Counted from the first letter of the whole stretch, positions 9,885 through 23,344 are shown. The stretch: DNA of 63,872 nucleotides, filler included, from Reticulomyxa filosa (GCA_000512085.1; 24 parts of 24 records of this genome joined end to end with filler, not necessarily neighbours in it), one strand, 5' to 3'. Notes: generated by a model from the sequence alone, not told the origin. Program-made: numbers and translations.

Positions 9885-11074
9885 ATGGCTCAAAACGTGT
9901 TTCGACAGCTCATTATTGCAACATTTTTGTGTTTGGAGTTGTTTCTGTTAGCTAGCGTATCACTACACACTTTAAGTATGTGACGTATTCCAAAAGCACC
10001 GGCTATTTGTCAAAAGAGATAATAACGAATCTACCCAAGCAAATGCCAGACCACTGGTTTGCAAGCACGTTTATTTACGTAACATCACGTTTGAATTGGT
10101 GTGCCGTTCGTTTTGGGGTATTTTGCAACCCGGCGTTCCTTCTGTTTTGCGAGCATGCAATAAAGTACTTTGTCATAAAGTCACGGCGAAAAAAAAGAGG
10201 CAGCAAAGATTTGGAGGCGAATATGGTGGAATGCGTTATCAACATTCTGATCGTGTGGGTGGTGGGATCATTCCTCTACCGATTGTGTTCATGGACGTGC
10301 GTGTTCGTTGTCAGGCAATTTTTAGGAGGAGCCGCTGTCCATGAACACATGGCAAGCCACGAAGGCTCTTTTTTGTTACCATCTTTGAAATATGGAGATA
10401 TCAGTGGCCATTGGTGGATGTTTACCTCCAATCTGTTCACAATTCCTTATTTTACACATCAAAAGCGAGTTTATTCTAATCACAAATCTTTCTACAGCAA
10501 TCATTACAATAATAATAATAATCATCATCACTATAGAATAGAAGTGTCTCCACATGTAACGAAACTAATTTGGAGTTGGTTTTTCGTGTTTGTCTTTGGT
10601 GTGCTGTTACTAACAAGTATACTGTTTCATCGTTGGGAGGAATGCATTTTGGGTTTTTTAGTCGGCTATTTTTGCAATTTCGGTTTTTATGTTGTTTTTG
10701 CAGCGCTCATGCTTGCACCACCTCCTCCTTTTCTCTTGACTCTGTCTTCTTTTTTTGGACTCAAACATGGACGGCTTCACCATATTTGGAAAACGTTGTC
10801 GCAACGGTACCAATACAAAGTTAAAGTCTTGCTTACGCATCATCTCTATCGATCCGATATTGCTGTCATTGTTATGTCCTTGGCCGTCTTTGCATTTTCA
10901 TCGTTCGTTGTACACGGCATCTATTCCTTGTTTGTCGTCGTTTCTTTCAATGTGATGTTCCTCGTCGTCCTTTTTTTGCTTGTGGCCAAGAATTGGAAGG
11001 GCAGATTTTCTTCTGTTTTTGAGCAGGAGCAAGATGATGCAATATGTCCTCCTCCGTTCAGTGTCACTGTTTGA
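9885..11074 (+). CDS. Polytopic membrane protein, FIT2/Scs3-like (lipid-phosphate-phosphatase fold); probable one-base frameshift near 9971
   Basis: DISGH and TSILFHRWEECILG match the two His motifs of the FITM/Scs3 family; multiple TM segments; ATG at 9885 joins the 9980 frame if one T is added in the run at 9971-9973. Confidence 0.55.
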
Positions 11075-11999
11075 AGAAGAAAAATCACTCACAAATATTA
11101 TAGTACAGTTGCTTGTACCATAATCAAAAAACTTGAATATTGCATGTCAATGCATCACCAAAGACAAAGTAGGCTTTTGTTTGTCTTTGGATCCTTTTTT
11201 TTAACTGTTATTTGCGTCCAAGTTCTTACATGGAAATTTAATATAAATCCAACACATCGATCGCCAACATTGCAAATGATTTTCGTTGATTTATGCAAAG
11301 ATGACTTCACTTAATTTCATGAAATAGAAATTGGTTAGTTTTCAAATTTTTTCTTATTGATTCTTTTGCACTTTAATCTGTCGTTAACAAATTACGTTGA
11401 AACGTTTCGTCTTAGCTTTTTTTGTTTTTTTTGGACCAGTAATTTAACAGCATTTCACAACCATTAACTAAAGACATGTTTTCATTTGGATTATCTGAGA
11501 CTGGAGCTGACATATTGAGAATACGGAAATGGTCTATATTGCCGTAAAGCGGCGACCTTTTACTCTTTCTAAAAAATTGAAAAAATTAAAAAAAGAAAAA
11601 TTTACAAATAAAATAAAAAAACTTCGGCTAAATAGCCTACTATTTCTTTTATTTTATTATTTTCTTTTTTTAATTTATCTCTTAATGAGAGAAGAGCTCG
11701 AATTGAATTGATAGGAAAAACTATTTATTTACATGTTCAAACTTTGAAACATTAATTTTTGAAGCTATTTTCAAACTTACAAATCATTTGCACTACATAT
11801 ACACATTTTGAAATTATTTTTGCCAAGTAAATCTGTTCATATTTTGCAAAACAATATTTTTTGACAAATATCAAATTGAACAAAAAAGAAAAGTGTTACT
11901 TATTTACGATACAAATGTGTGTATGAAGTTTGGAAAAAAATTTGTTATTATTATTAAACATCAGAAGGTCAATATCAATTACAAATAATAGTATTCAAT

Positions 12000-12641
12000 G
12001 AAAGGGTATCTGATTATAAACAAGCCGACAAGAGAAAGACGAATTTTGTGAAGGTATCCGATTATTGACGAATCATCTTTAACGTAGAGTATTAATATAT
12101 ATTTTGGTCTAAGATTTGTTAAATGTTCAACTTCATGACCGGTCAGCAATATAGTCATAGGCTCCAACATGGAAGTGAAGGACGAAGCCCCACGACTCTA
12201 CAGTCGCCTTTCTATCGTCCTGCTGATTATGTTTACCAAAAAAATCTGAATTGATAATGTGATAATGTCAGTTAATTGATCATAATCTTTCACTGACACA
12301 CTAAAGGCATTATATTTTGTTTGGTCGTGCAAAATGAAGCAACGAGTATCCCAATGATTGGGTCAATATTTTATCATTTCAACTCCATTATCACCAAGTT
12401 TGTTCAATTCTTATCCCTTTGTGATGATAAGACCGTATTATTGAATCTCAAAAAGGGATTATCGGCGGATGAGCGTGTATTGCCATTGAATAAATTGATA
12501 AATGTGTTATGTATATTAGCAAAGTATATCTTGACAGATGTCCCAGAATTCATTGCCAAAATGGATATTGCATGTGATGTAACAAAGGTCATCCTTAAGT
12601 TCTTGATACAACAGCCATCTCCAAAAGAAGAAGAAATTTTT
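12000..12641 (+). pseudogene. Decayed coding fragment of unknown family
   Basis: Coding-like stretch (CILAKYILTDVPEFIAKMD...) preceded by stop-riddled sequence; runs into contig end. Confidence 0.3.
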
Positions 12642-13916
12642 NNNNNNNNNNNNNNNNNNNNNNNNNNNNNNNNNNNNNNNNNNNNTTAATTAATTAANNN
12701 NNNNNNNNNNNNNNNNNNNNNNNNNNNNNNNNNNNNNNNNNTAGTATAAGGATACACCTTCGAAAATTAGTTCATGAATAACACTTTTTTACGAATATAA
12801 ACAACAATACAATTGATATATCAATCCATAAATTTATATTGTGCTAACAATATTGTTTAGTGTAAATATCTTTTCAAATTACATGAACAAAATTCATTAT
12901 TTTAAATAAATAAGTGCAAGTTCAAAAAGAAGCACATCCAACACACATTTTTAAGTATTGATATTTTTTAAGTTACTAATTTTAAATTGCATGCAATAAT
13001 AATGTTAAAAAAGACTATGAAATTAGTTATATAAATGATTTCATTCACATTATTCTGGAGACGTCAATAAAATGTTTCTAAAAAAAGGGATAGTTCCATT
13101 TTATTTTTTTTCTATCTTTCATGTTCTTACGGTAAGTTAAAGAAGTGTGAGAGATGCTGGATTTTGGCAGAATGTTATTTTTGGTTGTTTTTTTTGCATT
13201 AACTCACAGAAGTGAAAGAACAGCACATTCAAAGGTGTCAAAAACACGTCAGCCTGTTGGCAAACTGAGTTGTGATTTGAAAGCTTTATTTGTTAGCATG
13301 TGTATCGTAGATCAAGTCTTACAGTTTCGACAATGTGCCTATTTTTGAAATATGTTACATGTATTCGCACATGTTGCGCTCTCGTTGATATCACTATTTT
13401 TTAATGTGTTGCTTTTAATATATTATCTTAAACATTCTTTGTTTTACTAATATGTAACAGACAGACATAGAATGATATAATAATAGATGAAATAGTTTTG
13501 TCTTATTTCATTAAATCATTTCTTGATTTTGTGTTTTTAACAAAATTCATAAAATTGAAACTACTCACCATCCTATTTTATATTTTTTTTAATGAATCAT
13601 GCTTTGGACGCACGTTATCATAAAGTAGATACCTACGTAATTGGTTAGAAATTTGAAATAAAAAGTAGACCATTTGATTTAAGGATTTAAGAATGGTTAA
13701 GCGAAACCCGAAGCAACATTTGTCAATTTTTAGAAGGATAANNNNNNNNNNNNNNNNNNNNNNNNNNNNNNNNNNNNNNNNNNNNTTAATTAATTAANNN
13801 NNNNNNNNNNNNNNNNNNNNNNNNNNNNNNNNNNNNNNNNNACACACACACACATTTAATATTCGAAATAGATAAAATGGACAATTATCAATACTTTTTT
13901 ATTTTGTTTATTTTAC

Positions 13917-16286
13917 CTGTTTCCTTCAAGTTCTTCATCAATGTCTTGATACCTTTATTGAACACACCGGTGACACTTAATTTTCCTTGTTTTTTTTTCT
14001 AGTCAATGTCAAACATTTTTTTTTTGAATATTCGCTTTGTTTTCGTTTCCTCTAATCTATCCAAAGCAATTAAATAAATAAACAAATAAATTTTAAAAAA
14101 ATTTTGTTTGTTTAAGTGACTAACTTCACCGACACCAATTTGCGATACATGTTGAACCAGTGGGTTCGTGGATTTGGCCAACATTTTTGCCGTGTCAGGA
14201 TGAACGGCTTCATTGTTTTTCACCAAGAAGTTAGTTGAGTCGTATGTTACGTTATCAGCAAAGTGGATGAGCATAAAACCAGTAAACTTTTCCTTCGGTC
14301 CTCCTTTTTTCTTTGATTTCTTGGGTGCACCTCTGGCATTACCACTTCCCGGTTGAGTGGCAGTGCGAACTGTTGGGTTTTTACCGTGTGTTTTCATAAA
14401 TTCTTGCATCCATGCTTCAACTGATGGCTGTGGAGCTTTACAAGCACTGTCCAAAAGTACGAAAAAGCCCTTGGCTGCGTCTTCTACCATTTCAATGTAT
14501 GCAGTGTTATCCGGGATATGCAACGGAGTCCAAAAGACTGACTCTTTGATGTATTCTTCTTGTTCACTTCGAATAATGTGGAAGTTGAAAAATTGTTGCA
14601 ATTTTTCATTGGTAAAATTGATACAAAACTGTTCCAACGAATTGATATAAAAGTTTTCAAATCCGAACACATCCAAAATGCCAATGAACAAGTGCGATTC
14701 AATATTAGGTTCTTCATCCTCGTTATCTGTCTCACCCATTTGAAACAATTCCGCATTGATGCGCTCACACAAGTACAAAAAGCTTTGCTCGTAAAAACCT
14801 TTTGATATCGAATCTCTATTTGTTGTGGCCTCGTCAAAGTTCACTTTTTTAGTAATGTTTTTCTTCATCACCACCATGGTTGCTGTCGTCAAACGTTCTG
14901 CTAACGCTTTATCCGAAACGCCCCACAAGTCAGCCACTTTTTTCACTACATCAGGGTTTTTGACACTTGCAAACCCATCTCCTTCCTTCTTGAATTCAAT
15001 GTTGCCCATGTTCAACACACCGGCAGTGATGGCCCACAATCCCATCATTTCACTGTCAATTCGCATCAATTTCATTGATTCTGCCAACTCATCATATCTT
15101 TCTTTATCGCTCACGCCCGCAATTTCGTCTGCATTACCTTGCTTTGTATACCAAAAGTCTTTTGAGCTGGTCAAATGCAATGATTTCATTTGCTCCGGGG
15201 TTAATCCTATTCGAAAAGAAAAGGAAGAAAAAATTCTTTTTGCAAATTGCGCAACGCATACACATACAATACAATCGTATTGGCATTGCAAATAAATAAA
15301 AAATACGTAAGTGATCAAACGTATACCTTTATGTAAAAAGTAGAAAATATGGTAATTGCGCTCATTGTTGGCTTGAAACACGACACGGGATTTTTCCAAC
15401 AAATACGTTTCCAAATAGGATCCCAATATATGTCCCTCTTTCGCTTTGTCTGGAACGTTGTACAGCAATTTAGTAAATTTACCGAAACGGCTACTGTTGT
15501 TGTTCATCACTGTCTTTGCGTTGCCGTAAGCTTCCAATAATGGACTGGCTGCGATAATCTGTTGCTCCACAATTGATGTCTCCATCGAAGTCGACGGAGC
15601 TGTCATAGCTAAGTAACGCATCAATAATTTTGTGGTTTCGGTCTGGACACACACACACAAAATCATTAAAAGAAAGGGGACCAGAGGAGAGAAAAAAAAA
15701 AGTTTAAGTTGGACAAAAAAAAGATTCATTGTTTAACTTTGCCGGCTCCTGACTCCCCGCACACAATAATAGATTGATTGCATTTGCGCTGAACCATTCG
15801 CATGTAAGAACGAGCTGACACACCGTATGGATGTGGTCGTCCTTGAGGCAATCTGCCTTGCTTGGACGCCTCATGAAATTCATCAATGACGTCTTGTCCG
15901 TACATTGGTAAACGTTCGTAAGGATTAATCGCGACCTATCATCATTTTTTAGTTTCATAACAGACAAACATTATCTGTTTGTTAAAAAAGCTAGAAAAAC
16001 AATAATTTTTTTTCCTTTCACCCTTCTTGAGGTTGTGATATACGTACAAAAAAATAAATAAATTTAAAAAACTCACCAAAATGGTCGATACACTTGTATA
16101 GACATTTTTTCGTGGCATGCATTTAAATCGAAAGTGTAAATTGTGCAGCACGTGCCGCATTTCTAAGTACACCAACATTGACAGATCCGGGACACCATCT
16201 AACTCCTTTGGATTTGGTATAAAGTTTGGGTCATCTTTTGCGGAGGTTTGTTTCTTTTCTTCTTCTTCCTTATCGTCGTCAGACAT
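13917..16286 (-). CDS. Myosin motor domain (multi-exon; 3' end missing at contig edge)
   Basis: DLSMLVYL..VLHNL, VAINPYERLPMY, P-loop IIVCGESGAGK/TETTK split by an intron, LEAYGNAKTVMNNNSSRFGKF, YLLEKSRV, IGILDVFGFE, SLEQFCINFTNEKLQQFFN. Confidence 0.97.
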
Positions 16287-16848
16287 TTTGGAGAGCTAGA
16301 TAATCAACTATTACTTTTTTTCCTCTTTTAGAAAAAGGAGAAAAGAAATAATGCTTGATGAAAGCAAATAAACCAAAGGGAAGAAACCACCTACTTCGAA
16401 ACAGAACAAGTAAAAAAGTTGTTGTCAGTATATTAGTAGGGGCACTCTAAACTTTCACAAACGAAACAATAGATCATAAATAACGGTTAAAAAAATTTTG
16501 TTGATCAGTGACATAGAAGTAATGGGACATAAAAACAAATAAATACTGAAGAGCTTCTTGTACTTCTTTTGAAATATAAAAATATGTCAATAATTTTTGT
16601 TTTTAACACTTTTAAACGTGTAAAAGATTGAATTTGAAAATAGTGTAGAGTTCTAAATCTTTTTGAAGCTGCACAAACATAGAAAAAACTGAAGAAATGT
16701 CGTTCTTACGTCAAAAAAGGTGATTAACGAGTTTAAGTAAGCGTCACAACAGAACAAACGAGAAAAAAGAAAACAACAGTCTTGATTCTTTAAAAAAGAT
16801 CTTGTTTCCAAAGAAAGCGATTTTGAACTATCTTTGGCATCAATTAAA

Positions 16849-18258
16849 ATGGAATTTTTGGAACAACTGTCGAAAGAGGTTATAGTGATTCGCCACTTTT
16901 TTGGTGGAGGCTTGCGTACAGCGCCCCAAAAGTGCAATCAAATTGATGGATACGGGATGACTGACGATTGTGCTCAGTGGAAGATATTACTTTTTAAAGA
17001 CGATATGGTTAATTGCATCAACAAAAAAAATCTTGCATCAACTAAACTAACACACTAAACAAAAGCTAACAAAAAAAAAGAAGGAAAAAACAAGCAAATA
17101 AAAAAAAAAATAACAAACTAAATGGAAATAGATCCAATTGCGCAATTTGGAGTCCGGAAAATATTTGAGATGTGTAGATTTGAGCCTTGACGCCAATGGA
17201 GAGCCAACAGACATGAATACTTTATTTGTGTGTCATGTGGAAAGCAGCGACAAAGAGGAAAACGCTGCGGTTGTGCAGCTCGAATCAGCAAATGCTCCCG
17301 GATTTTATGTATACGTTTGCAATGATCAAGCATACACAACTTGCTTGCGCCAACACAATTTGTGCTATTTGTTTTTGATGAGACTGCATCAGATGAGACA
17401 CCCGACTCAAAGACATCATCTTTTATCTTCACCTAACGTAAGTACTCAATTCCCTGTTTTGATTCAACACAAATTCAAAAGTTATTTGCGGATTAAGCCA
17501 AACAAACAGTCCGTGCTGTGCAGCAAAGGACAAACAGGTCCTTTTGCTCGCTGGTTTATTTATGTCATTGAAAGTCCACAAGCTGAAGCTACAGTAATGA
17601 AAGTTAATTGATAGACTTTTTTTTCTCCTCCTCTTCTCTCCAGTTAATTTAACCCAATTAATTATTTCTACGTACAAAACAAAAGTGCAAGGCTAAGTTG
17701 AAAAATGAAATGAGCGGCCATTATTTGCGAATGAATGAGGATGGAAGTGGATTTGACGTAAATGGAGACATAGATGATGGTTTATGCCTGTTTGATATTA
17801 TATTTGTAAATTCCAGTAATAAAAATGATACTAGTGAAATCAAAGTGTGCAGTAGCACTTTTAATGAAAGATTTTTAGCAGTCAAACCGGATGATGAAAT
17901 TTGTGTTGACCCCAAAGGAGATGATGATTTTTGCACATTTACTTTGTTTCAAATTCCAGAACATTTTTTTTTCTTAAGACAAAAGCAAATTCTTGCTTCC
18001 CGTTACAGCAATATCGAACGTAAGCTACAATTGGAGCTCCATGGCACCAAAATTTTTGTGAACTGTGCAAGCGCTCTTTGTACGACAACTATTCTCAATG
18101 AAAAAGACTCGTCAGATGAAAAAAAGGAGGAAGAACAAGACGAAGAAGAAAAAAAAGAAGAAGTTGAGAATTATTTTGACTCCTACAGTTTTAATGCCGA
18201 AGAAAAACAGCAAGACGAGTCGGAAGAGTGGGCAACGATAAAGCATTTGTGCTTGTAA
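16849..18258 (+). CDS. Beta-trefoil repeat protein (fascin/hisactophilin-like), about 3 exons, acidic C-terminal tail
   Basis: Repeated motif: IQLRNLESGKYLR, VQLESANAPGFYV, VLIQHKFKSYLR..GPFARW, LKNEMSGHYLR..FDVNG, IKVCSSTFNERFLAV; splice acceptor tag|ATC at 17132. Confidence 0.55.
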
Positions 18259-18736
18259 TGTTTGCAGGAATAATACAATCTCTTCACGTTTTTGTTTTTT
18301 TCCTTCTCCCTTCTAGTACTACTTACTATTTACAAATTTTAGTTTTAAAGTAAATTTTTTTTCCTAACTCAACAACGCTAATCCTCTTAGAAATTTTGTT
18401 ACTTTTTTTGATTACGTCGTGCTAAACGCCAGAAAGACTGTTCTCAAAGAATGACATATAATACCTTAAAAAAATCACGCAATTTGAAAATGTTTAAGTA
18501 TTTGTTTCAAATACACTATTGAGATAACTATAGCTCAGACCAAAAAAAAAAAAGGAGAGAAAAGATTATTATTAGAGTCGAGAAAAAGTACACATTTCAG
18601 GACAGAAAAATTAACACTTTTAAAAGAAAAGAAAAGTGTTATTTTAAAAGTGTAGTAAAATTAAATTGATGGATATGCTGAAGAAAGGAAAGATGGATCA
18701 GAATTGACAGTCACAACATGTAAGTTTTTAGCTAGT

Positions 18737-20207
18737 TTATCGGCGAATGCGATCAGGGTAATAGGAAACCGAGAAATTGAATTGTTGAGTGGCTCTATCA
18801 GACGGAGGCAGTGGGATGAGCTGAGCATTCACCGTATATTCATTGTGTCTACCGCCACGAATGTCAATGTTGTCGCTTGGAGGAGATTGTTTTATGGCCT
18901 TTTTATAACATATATTACATTTCACACACCAAAAAAAAAAAAAAAAGTTTCTTTTTTCGTTGGAAAAGATATATGTATACGTGTATACATATAAATATAA
19001 AGCAACTTCAATTCTTTGATTCATTTCTTGAGCATATTTTTCCATGGTTTGAAACCCATGAAAAAAAGCAAAAATGTGAAACTTTTTCAAAGACGGATTA
19101 AACACCCAGCCAACGACCAAGTCAAACCAAAGAGGCTTAAAGAGATCAAGAGAGAGATCTTGAATGGGTTGTGCTTGATCGTGAGAGTGGTCCAATGAAT
19201 CGGAAGAAGGGCCATTGGAACAGCCCGAAGAGTTTGTTAAGCGAAAGGAACGGCATCGGGACAAGTGAGTGACATGGTCATTGGTTTGTGTTTCATCCTT
19301 GGTTGTTAGGCCGTCGACGACATGTTGTAATTCAACTCCCGCGTACAATTCAAAGACGAGATACCCCTCCATGGCAACGGTCGCAAGTAAACATCGTAGT
19401 AGTTTCCTGTGGCACGATGGGAACATAAGATGCGACAGGTCCGTCGTTCAAATCGCGCTCTGGGAGAAGCACAGACAATCCACTTTCAACAAGAGTATTG
19501 TCATCGTTATCGTGACAACGGGATAGCAAATGATAGCCTTTCAGCCACAAGTCACAGTCTTTGGAGGTATTGGAAATCTTGATCAATTGGTCAAACGGCA
19601 AGTGACTGTTGCATTGCACGTCCGACACACTTTTTGTTGTCGCGATCGACGAATAGATGACACGAATGTCCACGGTTTCTTTTAGACTGCAATCGATAAT
19701 GCTAGATGACGAAGCGGCAGCACGTACTTGGGCTATCTGCGATGGACCAATCGTTATTTCATTTTCCGCAGGAAGAGAATGCTGATTTACTAAATTCAAT
19801 GAATTTGATTTGGTTTGTGCATCCAGCGATAATGGCTGTGGTCTATCCTTGTTGTTATTGTTATTGTTATTGTTATTGTCATTATCATTGTCATTATCAT
19901 TGTCATTGTCATTATCATTACTACTATCACAATCAGTATCGCCATTGTTACTGCATTGGTCAGAGAGAGCTCTACGTCGGGAAGGGGTGGCTTGTAAGCA
20001 TAAGTCGATCACACCAATGTCAACGCTGTTGTTGCGCTCTCGAGTTTCGCTTAGATTGATATGCTCGATTTCACCATTTGGAAAATGGTAATTACCAGCG
20101 GCAGTGGCAACGGCACTTGCGTTTGCATTTGCATTTGCATCTTCATTTTTATTTTTATTTTTATTTAATCTGCTATGATCATGCAAGTCTCTTGCACTTG
20201 TATCCAT
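18737..20207 (-). CDS. Hypothetical protein with Asn/Asp-rich N-terminus; two overlapping frames plus an intron
   Basis: ORFs 19350-20207 and 18737-19426 overlap; (AAT/GAT) repeats; intron-like TA/poly-T tract near 18910-18995. Confidence 0.45.
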
Positions 20208-20378
20208 TTTATTAGTTTTTTTATGTGTTTGTCTTCGTTCCCTTTCTTTTTCTTTTTCTTTTTCTTTTTCTTTTTCTTNNNNNNNNNNNNNNNNNNNNNN
20301 NNNNNNNNNNNNNNNNNNNNNNTTAATTAATTAANNNNNNNNNNNNNNNNNNNNNNNNNNNNNNNNNNNNNNNNNNNN

Positions 20379-21527
20379 ATTACCAATACTATTCTTTATT
20401 ACAAATGGTGAATATTCAATAGCAAATACTCCATTTGTATGTCCATTAAACACTTGAATTTGTTGACAAGATCGAATATCCCACAAACGAACACTTTTAT
20501 CACTTGACCCAGATAATATTGTATTTATTAATTCATTTGATCCATATCTTACACTATTAATAATATTTTCATGTCCATTGAATACATTAAACTGTTTTGT
20601 TGTTTCAATATCCCATATTCGAATGGTTCTATCAAATGATCCAGAACAAATAGTATATCCATTTCCACCAAACACACCAATATTATTCATTTTATTATTA
20701 TTTTTGCTATTGCTTTGTAATGGTGAAATATCAACACACCAAACATCATTTTTATGTCCATTGAAAACATGTAATGACTTTGATGTTTCAACATCCCATA
20801 AACGAATAGTTTTATCACATGATCCAGAACACAAATATCTACCGCCATTAAATTGTGAAAATTCAATTCCAGTAACACCACATGTATGTCCATGGAATAT
20901 TTGTAATTGCTTATTATTTTTGAAATCCCAAAAACGAATGGTTTTGTCATTTGATGAAGAACAAATGACATGTTGACGAGTATTATGATAATGATATGAT
21001 GAAAATTTCACACAATACACAGAGTCTGAATATCCATTGAATGATTGAATTTGTTTGTTATTATCAACATCACATACACGAACTGTTTTATCATGTGATC
21101 CAGAACAAATGAATTGGCAATCACCAAATATTGAATAATCAATACTCCACACAGCCATTGTATGTTCAGTGAATGTATTGACTAATTTGGACGATAAACG
21201 AAATATATCAAACATGAAGACAGTAGATACCTATGTTAAATAAATATTTGAATATTTTGGTTAGTATTTAAAAAAAAAGAAAAAACAAATGAACTAACAT
21301 AATTGACAACAAGTTTGTCAAAATCATTAATCCATCCAAAATTGATTTGCAATATTCGAATCCAATGTTGTACGATTACTTTAGTCCTTTCTTCTTCAGA
21401 CTGTTTAATCAAATTATATACGATAAATAAAATAATAAAAAAACCAGCAAACTTTCTGAAAGCTTGTAATAAAGCTTACCAACGCTAGTTGTGTTGAAGT
21501 TTGCTTCTTATTGCTAAGAGTTATCAT
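20379..21527 (-). CDS. WD40-repeat protein of an expanded family (3'-truncated)
   Basis: Tandem repeats GHT..V..I.FS...LCSGS.DKTIRLWD; short 5' exons including IVQHWIRILQINFGWINDFDKLVVNY. Confidence 0.95.
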
Positions 21528-21908
21528 TTTGTTTTTTTCTTAAGATCGTTTTGACGATGTAAAATGGAAGATATTGAACTTTTTTCTCTCAAGGGCAATG
21601 AAAGGGCTTTCAAAAATATTTTTGGCAATGTGAAAAATGGATTTTAACAACACATGTGGTTTCTTTTTCAATGAAGATTAGAAATTTTTTTTAAAGAACT
21701 TGTCCAAAGCTGAGTAAGCACATCACAATTTTTTTTTTTCCAAAGATTTTCAACAAAAACTTTAAAAACAGTTGTTCAACTTTTTTTGTAGTTTTTAAAG
21801 AATGTTTGNNNNNNNNNNNNNNNNNNNNNNNNNNNNNNNNNNNNNNNNNNNNTTAATTAATTAANNNNNNNNNNNNNNNNNNNNNNNNNNNNNNNNNNNN
21901 NNNNNNNN

Positions 21909-22120
21909 TCCACCGGGCCTTCGATCAGCCGGACCGAGGTGTAAGCCGGAATGCCGCCCACCACACGGTGGTGCAGGTTGACCGGGTACAGCTTGCCCTG
22001 GAAATTGCCGGCCAGCAGGTTGGCAAAAATCGCCTGCCCCACCGAGCCCGGGGTGTCACTGGCACCCACCACGGCAACGTTGCGCGGCGAAAACAGCGGT
22101 GTGAGGTAATGCGGTTTCAT
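21909..22120 (-). CDS. Bacterial NDP-forming acyl-CoA synthetase / Pat-type acetyltransferase, N-terminal CoA-binding part (truncated)
   Basis: MKPHYLTPLFSPRNVAVVGASDTPGSVG...LYPVN; high GC, intronless. Confidence 0.85.
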
Positions 22121-22384
22121 GGTTTGTCCGTCCAAGTAGTAAAGGCATGTTGCCGTAGCCGCCGTCTATCGACAACGGCCTGCGGCCAACCTTGCGCCGC
22201 TTTTATCCTGTTGTTCTGGCCACGCCGGCAGGGCTTTTGACACGGTCATCAGACGTATCAATGCAGTAGCGCAGTGTGCACAATATTGCTAATCTTCGCG
22301 GTTTCGCGGCGCGCCCATGTTGTGCCGCATCAAACGATGACCCACATCAGGAAAAGGCCCGTCCCGCCAGGGAGTACCGACATC

Positions 22385-23299
22385 ATGAGCAAACGCGTTG
22401 TAACCCTCGCCCACTACTACACCCAGCCGGAAATCCAGCAAATGGCCGACAAGGTCGGCGATAGCCTGGAGCTGTCGCTGTTTGCCCGCGAGTCCAAGGC
22501 TGACATCATCGTGTTTGCCGGTGTCCGTTTCATGGCAGAAACCGCCAAGATCCTGAACCCGCAAGCCGAAGTGATCCTGCCGGACGCCGGCTCCACCTGC
22601 TCGCTGGTTACCCAGACCGACGTGGCTGCCCTGCAACAGTGGCGCGAAAGCCACCCCGACCACGTGCACGTGTCGTACATCAACTCGTCCGCCGCGCACA
22701 AGGCGCTGTCGGACTGGATCGTCACCAGCCGCAACGTGGACGACATCATCGCCCACCTGTACGAACAGGGTAAGCAAGTGATCTTCTCGCCCGACCGCAA
22801 TATGGGCGCCTACCTCAATTATCAATACGGCTACGATATGCCATTATGGTCGGCCGTGTGCGAGGTACACGACAAGTTCAACGAGGCGGCGCTGGACGAA
22901 GCGCTGACCGCCAGCCCCAACGCCCACCTGATCGCCCACCCGGAAAGCCCGCTGCCGGTGCTGAAGCGTGCCGAGTACGTCGGCTCTACCTCCGGCATGC
23001 TGAACTGGGTGAAAGCCTACAGCGGCGATGCGGCCAACGTGATCTTCGTGGCCACCGAAGACGGCATCCTGTACAACATGCGCCTGGCACGCCCGGACCT
23101 GGACATCCGCCAGGCACCGATCTACGCCGGCTGCCAGTGCAACTCCTGTCCGTACATGAAGATGAACACCATCGAGGCGGTAAAACGGGCGCAGCAAGGC
23201 GAAGGTACCCGCATCGATTACCTGACCGAGGCCGAGATGGACGCCGCGCGCTTGCCTATCGAACGCATGCTGGACTTCAGCCAGCGTTACTACAAGTAA
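22385..23299 (+). CDS. nadA: Quinolinate synthase A
   Basis: LAHYYT, VGDSLELS, GVRFMAETAKILNP, three Fe-S Cys (TCSL, CEVH, CPYMK), YINSSA, PDRNMG, AHPE, GSTSGM; GGGAG RBS upstream of ATG 22385. Confidence 0.97.
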   Translation: MSKRVVTLAHYYTQPEIQQMADKVGDSLELSLFARESKADIIVFAGVRFMAETAKILNPQAEVILPDAGSTCSLVTQTDVAALQQWRESHPDHVHVSYINSSAAHKALSDWIVTSRNVDDIIAHLYEQGKQVIFSPDRNMGAYLNYQYGYDMPLWSAVCEVHDKFNEAALDEALTASPNAHLIAHPESPLPVLKRAEYVGSTSGMLNWVKAYSGDAANVIFVATEDGILYNMRLARPDLDIRQAPIYAGCQCNSCPYMKMNTIEAVKRAQQGEGTRIDYLTEAEMDAARLPIERMLDFSQRYYK

Positions 23300-23313
23300 C
23301 CGGCCCGCGCCAC

Positions 23314-23344
23314 ACAGCCCGCCCCCAGCGGGCTGTTTTTCTTT
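23314..23344 (+). terminator. Rho-independent terminator after nadA
   Basis: Stem ACAGCCCGC-cccca-GCGGGCTGT followed by TTTTCTTT. Confidence 0.85.

Noticed and set aside
12742-13741. Short ORF 13154-13348
   Set aside because: AT-rich contig with no motif or splice support.
22121-22384. NAD riboswitch or NadQ/NrtR operator upstream of nadA
   Set aside because: No convincing palindrome or known motif recognised; the TTGACA near 22237 lacks a properly spaced -10. An Rfam scan would settle it.
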